Shown here one piece after another: positions 31,008 through 43,225 of a stretch of DNA of 64,000 nt (positions are counted from its first letter, which is position 1; every line of letters begins with the position of its first letter). The stretch covers positions 2,752,001 to 2,816,000 of the forward strand of contig OY970320.1 in the NCBI GenBank assembly GCA_963716745.1, written 5' to 3'. A program made the translations under genes and the position numbers. Under the pieces are notes generated by a model that saw only the letters and a program-made list of their open reading frames with translations, was not told where the DNA came from and ran no database searches. The DNA comes from an uncultured Gemmatimonadaceae bacterium. Its GTDB lineage: Bacteria > Gemmatimonadota > Gemmatimonadetes > Gemmatimonadales > Gemmatimonadaceae.

Positions 31008-31052
31008 GGAGGAGTCGGCGAGTGAGCTGGTCAATGCCTCGCTTGGTTTGAT

Positions 31053-31355
<303 letters not shown>

Positions 31356-31522
31356 CAGGAGCGGTGCAACGATGACCGCCCGGCATCGTTCTAATTAATT
31401 TCGGGATACCCAGACTGGAGGACGGCATCGAGTGCATGGGCTTCGCAGCAGGACCGCCTGCGCTGCCCGAACGTTGTCAAGAGGGCGCCGACGTGTGTTC
31501 AGGTCGAATTCTACCGCCGCCA

Positions 31523-31595
31523 TTTTTTTTTTATTATTTTATTATTATAATATTATAATAATAATATAATAATAATAATATAATAATAATAAAAA
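31523..31595. repeat. A/T-only low-complexity tract (probable artefact)
   Basis: T-run then TAA/ATT repeats. Confidence 0.8.
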
Positions 31596-31656
31596 CGCAG
31601 CTGCCGATCGGCTGAGCGAGTTCGCGCGGCACCCAGGCCGCGCTGCATATTCCCGC

Positions 31657-32791
31657 ATGCCCGTCGTCACCAGCGTCGAAGACCTGCGCCGTCTCGCCGA
31701 GCGGCGCGTGCCGCGCATGTTCTATGACTACTGCGCCGCCGCAGCTGGACGGAGTCGACGCTCCGCGCGAACACGATGACCTGAACCGCATCAGCTCCGC
31801 CAGCGCGTCGGCGTCGACATCGAGCATCGCAGCACGTCCCACGATGTGCGGCACCGGCGTCGCGATGCCGGTCGCGCTCCGCTCACCGGACTCGCCGGCA
31901 TGATGCACGCAACGGCGAGATCCTCGCTGCGCGCGCGGCCGAGCGCTTCGGCGTGCCTTCACGCTCAGCACGATCAGCATTTGTGCGATCGAGGACGTCG
32001 CGGCTGCCACCACGAAGCCGTTCTGGTTCCAGCTCTACGTCACGCGCGACCGCGACTTCTCCGCCGCGCTCATCGATCGCGCGAAGGCCGCCCGTTGCAG
32101 CGCGCTCATGGTCACCATGGATCTCACGGTGCTCGGCCAGCGCCACATGGACATCAAGAACGGACCTCCACGCCACCCAAGCCTACACTTCGCAGCATGA
32201 TGAACCTCGCGACGAAGCCGCGCTGGTGCCTCAACATGCTCGGCACCCGGCGGCGCACCTTCGGCAACATCGTCGGTCACGCCAAAGGCGTGGACAGCAT
32301 GCACTCGCTGGCCGAGTGGTCGAACGCGCAGCTCGATCCGACGCTGAGCTGGCACGACATCGAATGGATCAAGAAGCGTGGGGCGGTCGCTTGATCATCA
32401 AGGGATCCAGGATGTCGATGATGCGAAGCGCGCGGCCGACAGCGGCGCCGATGCGCTGATCGTCAGCAATCACGGCGGCCGTCAACTGGACGGCGCGGAG
32501 AGCAGCATTCGCGCGCTGCCCGCGATCGTGAGCGCCGTGGGCTCGAAGCTCGAGATCCACATGGACGGCGGAATCCGCACCGGACACGACGTGCTGAAAG
32601 CGCTCGCACTCGGCGCCAAAGGCACCTACATCGGCCGCGCGTGGAACTTCGGACTCGGCGCGCTTGGCGAGGCCGGCGTCACTAGAGTGCTGGAGATCAT
32701 CCTCAAGGAACTCGATCTCACGATGGCGTTCTGCGGGCGAACGAACGTGCGGCAGATCGATCGCGGCGTGCTGGTGCCGGGCACCTTCTGA
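31657..32791 (+). CDS. lldD: FMN-dependent alpha-hydroxy acid (L-lactate) dehydrogenase, frameshifted
   Basis: RVPRMFYDY, WFQLYV, VSNHGGRQLD, DGGIRTGHDVLKALALGA. Confidence 0.85.
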
Positions 32792-32830
32792 CGTCACTAG
32801 ATTCTCCGACACATTTACTTCGGTGGCCCC

Positions 32831-33175
32831 ATGGACGTTCTCGCGTTGGATACGCAGCTCAACGAGATGATCATCAGCGGCCAGTCGGTCCAGGCGCTTC
32901 GTCAACTTTACGCGGAAGACGTGGTCGCACAGGAGAACGATGAGCCGGAGCGGGTCGGCCGTGCGGCGTGGATCGCGGGGCGCGAAGCAACGGAGAAGAT
33001 GATCAAGAACTTCCACGCTCGCGTGCTGGCCCATGCGGCGCAGGGAGACACGTCCTTCTCCGAATGGGAGTACGCCGTCGAGATCGAAGGCATGGGCGCC
33101 ATGAAGATCGCGCAGGTCGCGGTGCGTCGCTGGCGCGACGGCAAAGTCGTCCGCGAGCGGTTCTACCACAAGTAA
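32831..33175 (+). CDS. SnoaL-like/NTF2 family protein
   Basis: LYAEDVVAQEN, RRWRDGKVVRERFY. Confidence 0.85.
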   Translation: MDVLALDTQLNEMIISGQSVQALRQLYAEDVVAQENDEPERVGRAAWIAGREATEKMIKNFHARVLAHAAQGDTSFSEWEYAVEIEGMGAMKIAQVAVRRWRDGKVVRERFYHK

Positions 33176-33341
33176 ACAGAGGCCGGCGGCTGACCGTTGA
33201 AACCCGGTTGACACATCCCCCGTAGTTGGCAAGTGTAAGGCACAATCGCTCGCAGACGCGCTGTTAGTAGGGGCCCTCACGGGTGCATTGACAGCGTTGC
33301 ACAATCGGACTCCCTGGCCGTTATCGGCCGGAGTGTACCCG

Positions 33342-34512
33342 ATGTCCGGCCGATGGACCTCACTCGAACCCGAGGATCATCGATGCCGCATCGCCCGTCA
33401 CTCTCCCTGGGTCATAGCGCTGGCCGCCGCCGCGCTCTTCCCTGCGGTGCTCTGCGCAGACCACGAGATCCCGCTCACCGCCGCTGAATGGCAGGCGACG
33501 GATTCGATCCGCTTCGAACACCATCTTGGTGTACCGGCCGTGTACATCAATTCGGGCGTCGCGCTCTCGCGCTCGGCGAGATTGCTCAACGGCATCATCG
33601 AATTCGACATCGCGGCCGTTGATAAATCCACGAACATGGGGATTCGTTCCGCGCGACGGATGCCGAGAACGCCGAAGTGGTGTTCTTTCGCCCTGGCGCG
33701 AGCGGGAGCCAGACGAGGCGATGCAGTATGCGCCGTCGATCAATTCGATCCCGGCCGCGTGGCAGCTCTTCTACGGCCCCGGTTCGACGGCGAACGTTTC
33801 GGTCCCGCGAAATCAGTGGATCCACGTGCGCGTTCGAGTGTTCGGCGATCGGCCGCGGTGTACTGGATCGTGATACCGCGGCCGCGCTCGTGATCCCGCG
33901 CCTTGCCGCCAATCCAGGCGGCGAAAGAATAGGCCTCTGGGGGAGCGGGTTCGGCCAGGGCGCGTGGTACGCGAACATGTCGTACACGCCGGACGCGCGA
34001 AACCACGCGCATGTGGCGCCAAGAGCTCCACCGGTTCGCTCGATCAATGGGAGATTCGCAGGCGATCGATGCCTCCACGGCTCGTTCCAGGCGTCATGCC
34101 GGCCGCCGCGACGCTCAAGTGGGACTCGTTCGCGCCGATCCCGATGGCATGGTGATCATCGGATCGTCTCCGGCGCCGCCGAACGTGTTCCATTATGGCA
34201 TCAAGGACTCCGTGCTTCTCGACAACCGCGTGCCCAAGTCGAGGGGGTGTTCGCGCCGCGACGATCACGGTCCGCGCCGACACCACCGTGATTCTCGATG
34301 CGGTTCAGCGACAAGCGGTGATCTTCCTCGCGCGGCCGCCCGCTGTTCAGCGGCATCCGCGCGTCGGGCTCGGCCGACTCGGCTCCTTCGAGCCACTCGG
34401 CAGGCGCTCTTCCTCCCGCTGCACGCCGGAGCAAACACGCTACCTCTGCCGTCCACGAGTTCTTCGGCGGCTGGCGCTGGGCGCGGGACTGCGCGCCGCG
34501 CCGAACCGCTGA
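33342..34512 (+). CDS. Hypothetical secreted protein, heavily frameshifted
   Basis: Signal-like segment, NGIIEFDIA, WIHVRVRV, LPLHAGANTL fragments. Confidence 0.4.
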
Positions 34513-34517
34513 CGCGT

Positions 34518-35344
34518 ATGAAAATGCGCATACAAAATTATCTTCTCGCCGCAACGCTGCTCGCCGCGAGTTCTCAGGATCGCCAGGTCACAGAGTGCGG
34601 ATGCTGGACGGTGCATTCGCCGGCGTGACCTTGATGTGCGGCTCACATCCTCACCAGCAAGACGAGCGGACACGCGCCAGCTGCGCATGCTCTTGCGATG
34701 GTTAGACGATCGGCAAACCGCGAAAAAGGGTACGGGTGTTGTACCTCGCCGACGGTCAGAATCTGTTCGACCCGCGACGGCGTGTTCGGCCGCGCCAAGG
34801 CATGTCGACACGTCCATGATCTGGTCGAGACACATCAGATCCTGCCGATGATCGTCGTCGGCGTCGACGATGCCGGGCATCGGGACGCGATCACGAGTAT
34901 CTCGTGGCCCGACAGTGCCACGGCGCAGGTCGACGCGAGCTACGGTCCCGGGAGGGAAGAATATCGGCGTCCTGATCGACAAGTGATGCCATCGATGGAC
35001 AAGACGTATCGCTCGCTGACCATCGCGCACACCGGGATCGGCGGTACGTCCTACGGCGGCGTCATCAGCTGCTAAGGTGGAAGACGCCCCAGCGTATTCG
35101 GCGGCTGCTCGCGGAGAGCACGGTACTCCGTGTGAACGGCTTCCAGTTGATCGCGATCGCGCCCGGCGTGCGCGTGTCGCCCGAACATGTATTTTCCTGG
35201 CGGTGGGCACGAAAGGTAGCCGCCGGCTGCGATGCGTCGAAGCGGCCCGCTGCGGCGACACCACGGTCCTTTCGATACGATGGTGACCGGCGCGCTGCGC
35301 ATGCACGCCGCTCCGGGCGCGCCGGACTGACTCGGCTCGGCTGA
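34518..35344 (+). CDS. Putative esterase (alpha/beta hydrolase), heavily frameshifted
   Basis: VLYLADGQNLFD, PMIVVGVD, GIGGTSYGG nucleophile elbow. Confidence 0.6.
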
Positions 35345-35470
35345 GGCCGCCGTTCCCCCTGCACGACGCACACGGCCGGAGCCTGGGCGGCACAACTGCC
35401 CGGCGCGCTCGTCTTTCTTTCGCAAGGTAGATGCTCGACTGATGCTGGTCAGCGGACTGTCGATGGGCCG

Positions 35471-36626
35471 ATGTTGCTAACTCCCCGCGTGCGGCTCACC
35501 GCCGGGCGGCCTACCGCTACCTCGCGCTCCTTGCCACGACACGATCACGATCAGTCCGACACACGAACAGGCCCACCAGTCGTGAGCGACAGGGGGACCG
35601 GTTCCCCGCGTGCGACGTCGTCACACGGTAATCACGCTGCAGCCGATGGGAAGAATAGAGCACCTCACGATCGATATCCGGACGCCGAGCGGATCGGCCG
35701 GCGAGAAACCTCGGCACGTCGTCGCGCATCCACCAAGGACTCCGTCATCATCAGCAGAAGAGGCACGGCCGACAAACGCATCGCCTTCGCGAAGGCGGCG
35801 CGCTCGCGATGCCGGACCTGCCGCATATGTACGGTCTCACCGATCTGTACTTCGCTGCCGCGCTCGCCCGCGCGCCGCAACAGCCGCCGGCGGCCGGTAC
35901 GCAGATCAAGCTGCACCAGTACTACATCGACCGGGAATTCGACCGCTCCCATTGCACGAGGGTATCGTGCGTGTGAAGGGCGACGGCAAGCTCGACTGGA
36001 GCACGACTGGCTCGCGGCTACGGCGACGCGACGGTGGACTCGAGCCGGCATATGCTCACGTACAATGGCGCGCGCAGCACGTACAAGGTGGAAGTCACTC
36101 GGCTAAGGCGAACCACTCCCGGACATCGAAGCGATCGGCGGCGGTTCGCGGCGCTCGAAACGAGTCAGGGCGGAATGAAGCAGCTGAGCTGCGCGACACC
36201 GCGCGCGCGACGATGGCAAGGCAGTCCTGTGGGTCGATTAGGACGGCCGCTCGCGCGCGGGCGCCAGCTGCTTGGCGGCATCATCCCGTACGGCGAAATG
36301 TGGCGCACCGGCGCGAACGCGGCCACGCAATTCTCAACGTCAGCCCCGGTCACGCTCGCCGGCATGAAGCTCGCGCCCGGATGTACACGCTGTGGACCGT
36401 GCCGAGTGCGACCGGAGTCGAGCTGATCGTGAACAAACAATCGGGCAGTGGGGAACGGGCTACGATCCGCAATTCGACCTCGGCAAATCGCCGATGACCA
36501 CCGCGGCGGCCAAGACGCCGGTGGAGAAATTCACGGTCTCGATCGTTCCGGTGGACTGCGAATCACGGCACACTCGTGCTGGAGTGGGGACCGTTCCGTT
36601 GGACCGCGCCGATCGTGTCGCCGTAG
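35471..36626 (+). CDS. DUF2911 family protein, heavily frameshifted
   Basis: GRPLARGRQLLGGIIPYGEMWRTGANAAT, YTLWTVP, LIVNKQ.GQWGT.YD. Confidence 0.75.
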
Positions 36627-36699
36627 CCGCGCTGAGTTGGCGCCGCGGGGCTGCTTGTAGTACGATCAGTCCGCTCGTCCATACACTCAGGAGAGCGAA

Positions 36700-37135
36700 A
36701 TGGAGTTCGGAAAGGCGGACAGATCCTTGGTTCGAGCGGGATTCGTCCTCTTCGCGCTCGCGCTGCTGACGGGCTTTGCCATACCGGCGTTCCTCAATCA
36801 GAAGATGGCCGTTGCAGCCCATCTCTCGGGGATCATGAACGCGCTCATCTCTGATGGCGCTCGGTCTCGCCTGGGGTCTTCTCACCGTTAGCTCCATTGC
36901 AAGCGAAGTTCACACGAGGACTCTTTCTTTTCGGCAATTCGCCAATCGGGCTACCGGTTGTCTGGCCGCCGCCTGGGGAACGAGTCACCTGACGCCTCTG
37001 TCGGGCGCTGGGTATGGCGCCGTGCCGTGGAAGGAGGCGGTCGTGCAGGCACTTCAAGTCTCCGTCACGCTCGCGATCCTCGCCGGGGCGGTCTTGGTGG
37101 TCTACGCACTTCGCTCAAAGCCGAACTCCGCATGA
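36700..37135 (+). CDS. Uncharacterised four-TM membrane protein, frameshifted
   Basis: Hydrophobic segments; AHLSGIMNA, LAAAWGT. Confidence 0.65.
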
Positions 37136-37217
37136 CCCGCAACGCCACAGATCGTGCAGCTCGCGTCACGATCACCTCATCGAGTGGCCGATAAACGTGA
37201 GAAAGGAGACGTCTATC

Positions 37218-37756
37218 ATGAAGAGCAAGAACACTCTGATGGTCTTGGTCGCGAGCGCATCGCTCGCCACGATCGGCTTCGCCGTCTACGCGCAACAGAA
37301 GTTCGACAAGTACGCGCTGGTATCGCCGAGCGGGATCAAGTACGCCGACTTCCGGGGGTATGAGGACTGGGCCGTGGTCTCCCTGGCGCGCACCGATGAG
37401 GTGCTCAAGGTGATCGTCGCCAACCCGGAGATGATCAAGGCGTACAAGGCCGGCGCGCCGGGCAATGGCAAGCCGTTCCCGGAAGGCAGCAAGATCGCGA
37501 AGCTCCAGTGGAGCTTCAAGAAGAGCACGGAGGCCCCCTTCGTAGTTGATGTTCCGAAGGCACCGACACAGGCCTTCTTCATGGAGAAGAACAGCAAGCG
37601 ATTCCCGCTCACCGGCGGTTGGGGATATGCGGTGTTGAACCACGACGTCGCGAACGGCACGATGACAGTCGACTCGGCCAAAGCGGATTGCGGACAGTCG
37701 TGCCATGTGGCGGTGAAGAGCAAGGACTACATCTCCATCCGTACCAGGTGCGGTGA
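37218..37756 (+). CDS. Cytochrome P460/c'-beta family protein
   Basis: Signal peptide, PFPEGSKIAK, GGWGYA, C-terminal CGQSCH...KDY. Confidence 0.8.
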
Positions 37757-37766
37757 GAGGGGCCGC

Positions 37767-37997
37767 GTGCGCCGATTAGGCCAGATCCTCACGATCCTCG
37801 GCGCGATCGTCGGGATCGGCGCCGCGCTCGCCATGATCTTACCTGTCGAACTCGCCGGCGTCTCGTGGCTCATCGCTGTGGGACTCTTGAAGCTCACGCT
37901 CGCCGCATCATTGGGGATGATCGCTGGAGGGGCAGTGCTCCAGCGGATCGCGCGGCGCACGGAAGAGCGCGAACGACTATTGCCGCCAGCTGATTAA
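37767..37997 (+). CDS. Small membrane protein
   Basis: Two hydrophobic helices; appears fused to the P460 gene only through an indel. Confidence 0.5.
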   Translation: MRRLGQILTILGAIVGIGAALAMILPVELAGVSWLIAVGLLKLTLAASLGMIAGGAVLQRIARRTEERERLLPPAD

Positions 37998-39643
37998 CCG
38001 CGCGCCCGGAACGCCTCCACCGCCTGGCTCAGCGTGAAGTGCATCCTCTCCCGCCCGAGCAGATCGCCGAGCGACGTGCGCTGTACCTGAGCCAGCGCCT
38101 CGGGGCTCAGTCGCGCGAGCCAGAGCTCCATGCCGTCCGCGCGCAGACGCTCCTCCGCATCGGTGAGCGCCATGAGCGCGGTGTACTCGAAGCCCACAAT
38201 GCCGCTGCAGTCTACGAGCACCACTCTCGGCCGCTCGGCGAGAATGATGGGCCACATCTTGTCGCCGATGAATTCCACGTTGGCGAAATGGATGCGGCCA
38301 TCGGTGCGCACGATCAGCAGCCCCGGCACTCTCTCGTCTTCGGGATGCTCGGAAGAAATGGGCCGGAAGAAATCGGTGCCCGGCTTGCGCGCCATCACGT
38401 ACACCGGCGGATGCGACGCGAGATAGATGAGCGCCACCAATGAGAGCGCGACGGCCACGAGAATGCCGTTCAGCGTGCCGAGCACTATGACGCCGGCGCA
38501 CGCGGCAACGGTCCAGGTGAATTCCACCACGCGATAGCGCTTGATCGCACGGAAGCTCGCGATGCTGATGAGCGGCAGCGACGTGACGATCACCACCGCC
38601 GCGAGCGCCGCTTGTGGCATCAGCGCGAGCACGGGCGACAGGAACAGCAGCGTCGCCGCGCCCGTGAGCGCCGTGACGAGTCCCGCCATCTGCGTTCGCG
38701 CGCCGGCGTGACGGTTCACCGCTGTTTGCGATGTGCCGCCGCCCGCGGGCATCCCGCCGAAGAATCCCGCGGCCACGTTCGCCGCGCCGGTCGCGAACAG
38801 CTCGACGTTCGGCTGCGGCCGCGGCTCGCCCTTCTCGGCGAACGCGCGCCCCGCGGCGATCGTCTCGGTGAAACTCATGAGCGCGATGCCGAGCGCGCCG
38901 GGCCACAGTATTCGCACGAGCGCGAGGTTCGGCATCGCGAAGCCCGGCAGTCCGGCGGGGATCGCGCCGACGACTGAGACGCCCGACGCCTGGAGCCCCA
39001 TGAATGCGGAGACGGCGATCGCGGCGCCGATCGCGATGAGCGGAGCGGGGGAGCGTGGCAGGAAATGCTCGAGACCCACGAGCAGCGCGGCGGTGAGCAC
39101 CGCGATCATCGCGGTGGGCGCCGAGACGTGGCCGAGCTGCCCTATGGTGGCGAGCAGATTGTGCAGCCAGCCGGCCTTGTCGATGTGAACGCCGAAGAAT
39201 TTCGGCAGTTGGTCCACGACGATCACGAGGCCGATACCCGCCTTGAATCCGACGAGCACCGGATCGGAGATGAATTTCGCGAGGAATCCGAGGCGCAGGA
39301 GTCCCGCGAGCGCGAGCACGACGCCGGTGAGCGCAGCGAGTGTGACGGCGGCTGCGATGAGCCCGGCCGCGTCGCCGTCGGGCACCGCGCGCGCGAGTTC
39401 GGCGGCGGTGAGGATCGCGATGGTCGTCGTGGTGCTCACGCTCAGCGGGCGCGAGGTGCCGAGGAACGCATACACGAGCATTGGAACGACGGCAGTGTAC
39501 AACCCTACTTGAACCGGGAGCCCGGCAATCGTCGCGTAAGCCATCGCCTTGGGCAGCACCACCGCGGCGGTGGTGAGACCTGCCACGACATCGGCGCGGA
39601 TCGTCGTGCGCCACGGGACGCCCGGAGGCAAAAAGGCTCGCAT
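37994..39643 (-). CDS. SulP family inorganic anion transporter with STAS domain
   Basis: DVVAGLTTAAVVLPKAMAYA, GLYTA, C-terminal STAS. Confidence 0.93.
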   Translation of the reverse strand: MRAFLPPGVPWRTTIRADVVAGLTTAAVVLPKAMAYATIAGLPVQVGLYTAVVPMLVYAFLGTSRPLSVSTTTTIAILTAAELARAVPDGDAAGLIAAAVTLAALTGVVLALAGLLRLGFLAKFISDPVLVGFKAGIGLVIVVDQLPKFFGVHIDKAGWLHNLLATIGQLGHVSAPTAMIAVLTAALLVGLEHFLPRSPAPLIAIGAAIAVSAFMGLQASGVSVVGAIPAGLPGFAMPNLALVRILWPGALGIALMSFTETIAAGRAFAEKGEPRPQPNVELFATGAANVAAGFFGGMPAGGGTSQTAVNRHAGARTQMAGLVTALTGAATLLFLSPVLALMPQAALAAVVIVTSLPLISIASFRAIKRYRVVEFTWTVAACAGVIVLGTLNGILVAVALSLVALIYLASHPPVYVMARKPGTDFFRPISSEHPEDERVPGLLIVRTDGRIHFANVEFIGDKMWPIILAERPRVVLVDCSGIVGFEYTALMALTDAEERLRADGMELWLARLSPEALAQVQRTSLGDLLGRERMHFTLSQAVEAFRARG

Positions 39644-39774
39644 GGTGGTCGAAGCTATCGCACGGCGCCGACTCGGGATAGGACTTTCGTTCCGCTTGCG
39701 TGAGCCGAACCGGCCTTTCATAGTTCGCTCAATCGGCAGCGCCTCACGATGGCAACTCTGAAAACGGAGGCTCT

Positions 39775-40251
39775 ATGGGAGTGATGCGTCGCGTCACCTA
39801 TGGGCTGGGACTTATCGCCGCAGTGGCCATCCCCACGATCGCCGCCAGCGCGCAGGATGCCGCGTCGAGCAGCCCCACCGGACTGGGCTTCGGCGTCAAT
39901 CTCGGCTTCGGCATCAATCCGAACGAGATCGTCATCGGCGCGCAGTACGCGCTGGGCAAACCGGTGGGCATGTTCCGGATGGTCCCCAATGCGCATGTGG
40001 GCTTCGACGCGGGTGCGACCGTAGACGTCGGCTGGGACTTCCTGGCCCGCTTCAAGGCGAAGGACTCGGATTTCAGCTTCTACGCCGGTGCGTCACCCAC
40101 GGTCACCTTCGGAAGTTCTACCAATCTTGGCGGCACGATCGTCGCGGGAATGCAGGTCCCCATGATCGCGAAGAAGGCGACGGAGCTCGAGGCGCGCTTC
40201 GGATTCGCCGGGGCGCCGAACTTCCGGTTGCTGCTGACGCTGGTCTTGTGA
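39775..40251 (+). CDS. Outer-membrane beta-barrel-like protein
   Basis: Signal peptide, alternating amphipathic strands. Confidence 0.65.
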   Translation: MGVMRRVTYGLGLIAAVAIPTIAASAQDAASSSPTGLGFGVNLGFGINPNEIVIGAQYALGKPVGMFRMVPNAHVGFDAGATVDVGWDFLARFKAKDSDFSFYAGASPTVTFGSSTNLGGTIVAGMQVPMIAKKATELEARFGFAGAPNFRLLLTLVL

Positions 40252-40274
40252 TCGCGACCTGAGTCGATGGAACC

Positions 40275-40304
40275 CACGGGCCCGGGAGCGATCGCGGGCC
40301 CGTG
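40275..40304 (+). terminator. Hairpin, possible terminator
   Basis: CACGGGCCCG...CGGGCCCGTG. Confidence 0.45.
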
Positions 40305-40327
40305 ACTTACTCACAGAGGGAAATGCC

Positions 40328-40641
40328 ATGCGTTGGTACCACTATCTTGCGTATTTCTTCGCCGGTGCATTCCTTGCGAACGCGATCCCGCATTTCGTGA
40401 ACGGCGTCTCGGGGAATCCCTTCCAGAGTCCATTTGCCTCGCCGCCGGGTGTCGGGCTGTCCAGTTCCACTTCGAATGTTCTTTGGGGTTCGTCAACATC
40501 GTCGTCGGGTACCTTCTGGTGTGTCGCGTCGGCAACTTCGATCTGCGAAAGACGCCGCACGCGCTGACGTTCGGCGCCGGCGCTCTGGTCATGGCGATCA
40601 TGCTCGCCCGCGTCTTCGGCCGGTTGCATGGCGGCTTGTGA
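40328..40641 (+). CDS. Conserved small membrane protein (frameshifted)
   Basis: FLANAIPHFVNGVSGNPFQSPFA. Confidence 0.7.
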
Positions 40642-40717
40642 GGCCAGGCTGATCTGGCGCTCGCGCTATCGGCCGGCCGCCATTGAATCACCGGCCCGAG
40701 TGCGCTAGCGTTTCGGC

Positions 40718-41053
40718 ATGACTTCTCCTCCTTCGACCACCCGATTCTGGCTCTCGCAGTGCGTTCCGCTGGGCGTTCTCGCCGCCGTTGCGAGTGCGAT
40801 CCCCGGGCAGATCGATCACGCGCTCACATCACTGCCGTCCAGTGTGGCGGCGTTCATCTCCGAACTCGTAGCACTGCTCTGTCTCCCAGGCGGGATGCTC
40901 GCGGTCGTCGTGTCGCATAATCCGCACGTCGATACGACATCGTTCCCATATCCGGCGCTCACGTTCTTTGCGTCGGGACTCTGTTGGGGAACGCTGCTCT
41001 TCGGCTTGCGGAGCGTGTTCCGGATGATGCGGCCGAGTCCTGCGCGGGGCTGA
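40718..41053 (+). CDS. Hypothetical membrane protein
   Basis: Three hydrophobic segments. Confidence 0.5.
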   Translation: MTSPPSTTRFWLSQCVPLGVLAAVASAIPGQIDHALTSLPSSVAAFISELVALLCLPGGMLAVVVSHNPHVDTTSFPYPALTFFASGLCWGTLLFGLRSVFRMMRPSPARG

Positions 41054-41064
41054 GCACACGTTGA

Positions 41065-41460
41065 ATGCGATCCGAGCGATGGTCGGTCGCACCGGGTTTC
41101 CTCGTGCATGACGTGATCGTTACTGCGAACTACTACCGCGACACCCTTGGCTTCAAGTACGATCGCTTCTGGGGTGAGCCGCCATCGTTCTGCATGGTGA
41201 GGCGCGGCGGCGTCACGATCATGCTCGCGCAGGTGGAACGTGAAGTGCCGGTGCGGCCGAACAACCTCGCGCCGCGCGAGGGCGGGGCATGGGACTGCTA
41301 CGTGTGGATCGAGGACGCCGACGCGCTGCACGCCGAGTTCGCCGCGAAAGGCGCGAACATCGCGCGGGAGATCTGCGACCAGGAATATGGTTGCCGCGAC
41401 TTCGACATCCTCGACTGTAACGGCTATCGCATCTGCTTCGGACAGGACATCTCATCGTGA
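41065..41460 (+). CDS. VOC/glyoxalase/bleomycin-resistance family protein
   Basis: YYRDTLGF, YGCRDFDILDCNGYRICFGQ. Confidence 0.88.
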   Translation: MRSERWSVAPGFLVHDVIVTANYYRDTLGFKYDRFWGEPPSFCMVRRGGVTIMLAQVEREVPVRPNNLAPREGGAWDCYVWIEDADALHAEFAAKGANIAREICDQEYGCRDFDILDCNGYRICFGQDISS

Positions 41461-41819
41461 GCGCGAGGGCGCCGCTCGCGGCGATGGGCCAGCTGGTGCC
41501 GGAGTTGCCCGTCGCCGACGTCGAGCGCGCGCAGCGGCACTACCGCGATGTGCTCGGCTTCGAGATCGGCTGGCTCTATCCCGATAAGCAGATCGGAGCC
41601 GTTTCGCGCGGGAAGGTCGCGATCTTCTTCCGTCGCAGAGACGAACCATTCGAACCCGCGATCCAGTGGGTGTATGCGGAGGACATCGAGGCGTCGTACA
41701 CGGAGCTGCAAGCCTCGGGCGCGAACATCGTGGAGCCGCTGGAGCTGAAGCCGTGGGGGCTGACGCAGTTCACCGTCGCGGATCTGGACGGGAACCGGTT
41801 CTATTTCCATCACGACTGA
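41457..41819 (+). CDS. VOC/glyoxalase family protein
   Basis: YRDVLGF, KPWGLTQFTVADLDGN. Confidence 0.88.
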   Translation: MSARAPLAAMGQLVPELPVADVERAQRHYRDVLGFEIGWLYPDKQIGAVSRGKVAIFFRRRDEPFEPAIQWVYAEDIEASYTELQASGANIVEPLELKPWGLTQFTVADLDGNRFYFHHD

Positions 41820-41926
41820 GTGCCCACGCCGCGCCGGATGAGCGCGGATTGCGCATGGTTCCTGGCGCGAACAGTATTAGCGGCGCGGTTGCCGGCCTAA
41901 CTCAACTTCGCGAAAGGACCACGCAA

Positions 41927-43205
41927 ATGAACACACCGTTCAGGGCACAGCTTTGTGTGTGCGCCGCACTTCTCGCGCTCGCGCCGAGCGCGCGAGCGCA
42001 GGCGCCCAAGGAGCCGAGTTGGCCGCAGCCGTTCCAGGTGCTTCAGGGTGAGAATGCGAGCTTCGGGTTCGTCGTGTCGCAGCCGGGGCCGATCTCGGTG
42101 AATGTGACGTCGCAGGGTACGCCCGTGTCGGTGGAGCTCTCGGGCCCCATCGCGCAGCCCATGCGAAAGTCGGGCACGGGCGCGATCAACATCACCGTTG
42201 CCGCGACCGCGGCGGATGTGCAGAAGAGTGAGATCTGGCTGGTGCGCATTTCGGCCGCGAGTCCGGCGCAGCCCAGTGAAGAACCACGCGCCGCAGGTGG
42301 TGGCCTCCGGGACGATCAGCGTGCAACATCCGCCGGGCAAGATGTCCATCGCGGCGAAGCCGGGGCCGCATCGCGCGGCGGCGCCGACGCACGCCGCGAT
42401 CGCGCCATCGTCGGGTGCCGCGTCTCTGATCGCGGCGTACGAGGCGCGACCTGGCGGCGAAGCAGAAGGCGGAGCAAGAGCGGCTGCAGCGGCTGGTCTC
42501 CGCGACGCCGGTCGCGGCCAGTGCGACGCGCATGCCGCTCAAGCGCACGGCGTCAGTTCCGAAGATCACTTCGCTCAGCGTGAGCAGTGGGCAGCCCAAC
42601 GATTACTTGCTGATCCACGGCGTCGATCTTGGCCGCGACGGTGAAGTGCATTTCGTCGTGGCGCCGAGTATGGATCTGAAAACAATGGCCGATGCCTTCG
42701 GCGACACGTTGATCATGGTCCATGTCCCCACGGTCACGGGGGTCGGCCCGTACTCCGGTCAGATCTATGTGAAGCTGACCGGGCAGCATCCCGCGCAGAC
42801 CAATGCGCTCCCCTTCGCGTTCGTCCCGACTATGGACTTCGTCGATCTGCGCCCGAACGTGAGCGATCCCGATGCCCGGATCGACCACACGGCGCTCGCC
42901 TCGGTGTGTCCGGCGGACGGTGGCGTTTGCAGGGATGGGAGCGGCGACTTCCTGGGCCACAAGGGCGATGACATCTTTTATGCGACGAAGATGTTGAAGG
43001 GCGGGTGGGTGGTGCAGGAGGCGAACGCCAACGCGCCATGGCAGGTCGAGGGTTTCGGTTCGGCGGGCAACGATGTGGTCGATAGCCGTCCGTGGCACGA
43101 GCATACCCGTACGCCAAGGTCCATTGGTGGATCGATGCGCTGACCAGTTCGAACTATGCTATCGTCGTGGTCATCAAGGGGCCGAAAGGACTTCCGTATC
43201 AGTGA
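41927..43205 (+). CDS. Secreted IPT/TIG-domain protein, paralog 1 (frameshifted)
   Basis: Signal peptide; PKITSLSVSSGQPND.LLIHG; ends GPKGLPYQ. Confidence 0.65.
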
Positions 43206-43225
43206 TTCTCCCACAAGGGGGGCTG

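Noticed and set aside
31523..31595. AT-rich replication origin unwinding element
   Set aside because: No DnaA boxes or rep/dnaA gene nearby; looks like low-quality basecalling
37014..37997. P460-membrane protein fusion (327 aa ORF)
   Set aside because: An indel near KDYI joins two genes; the alternative frame ends HPYQVR-stop at 37756
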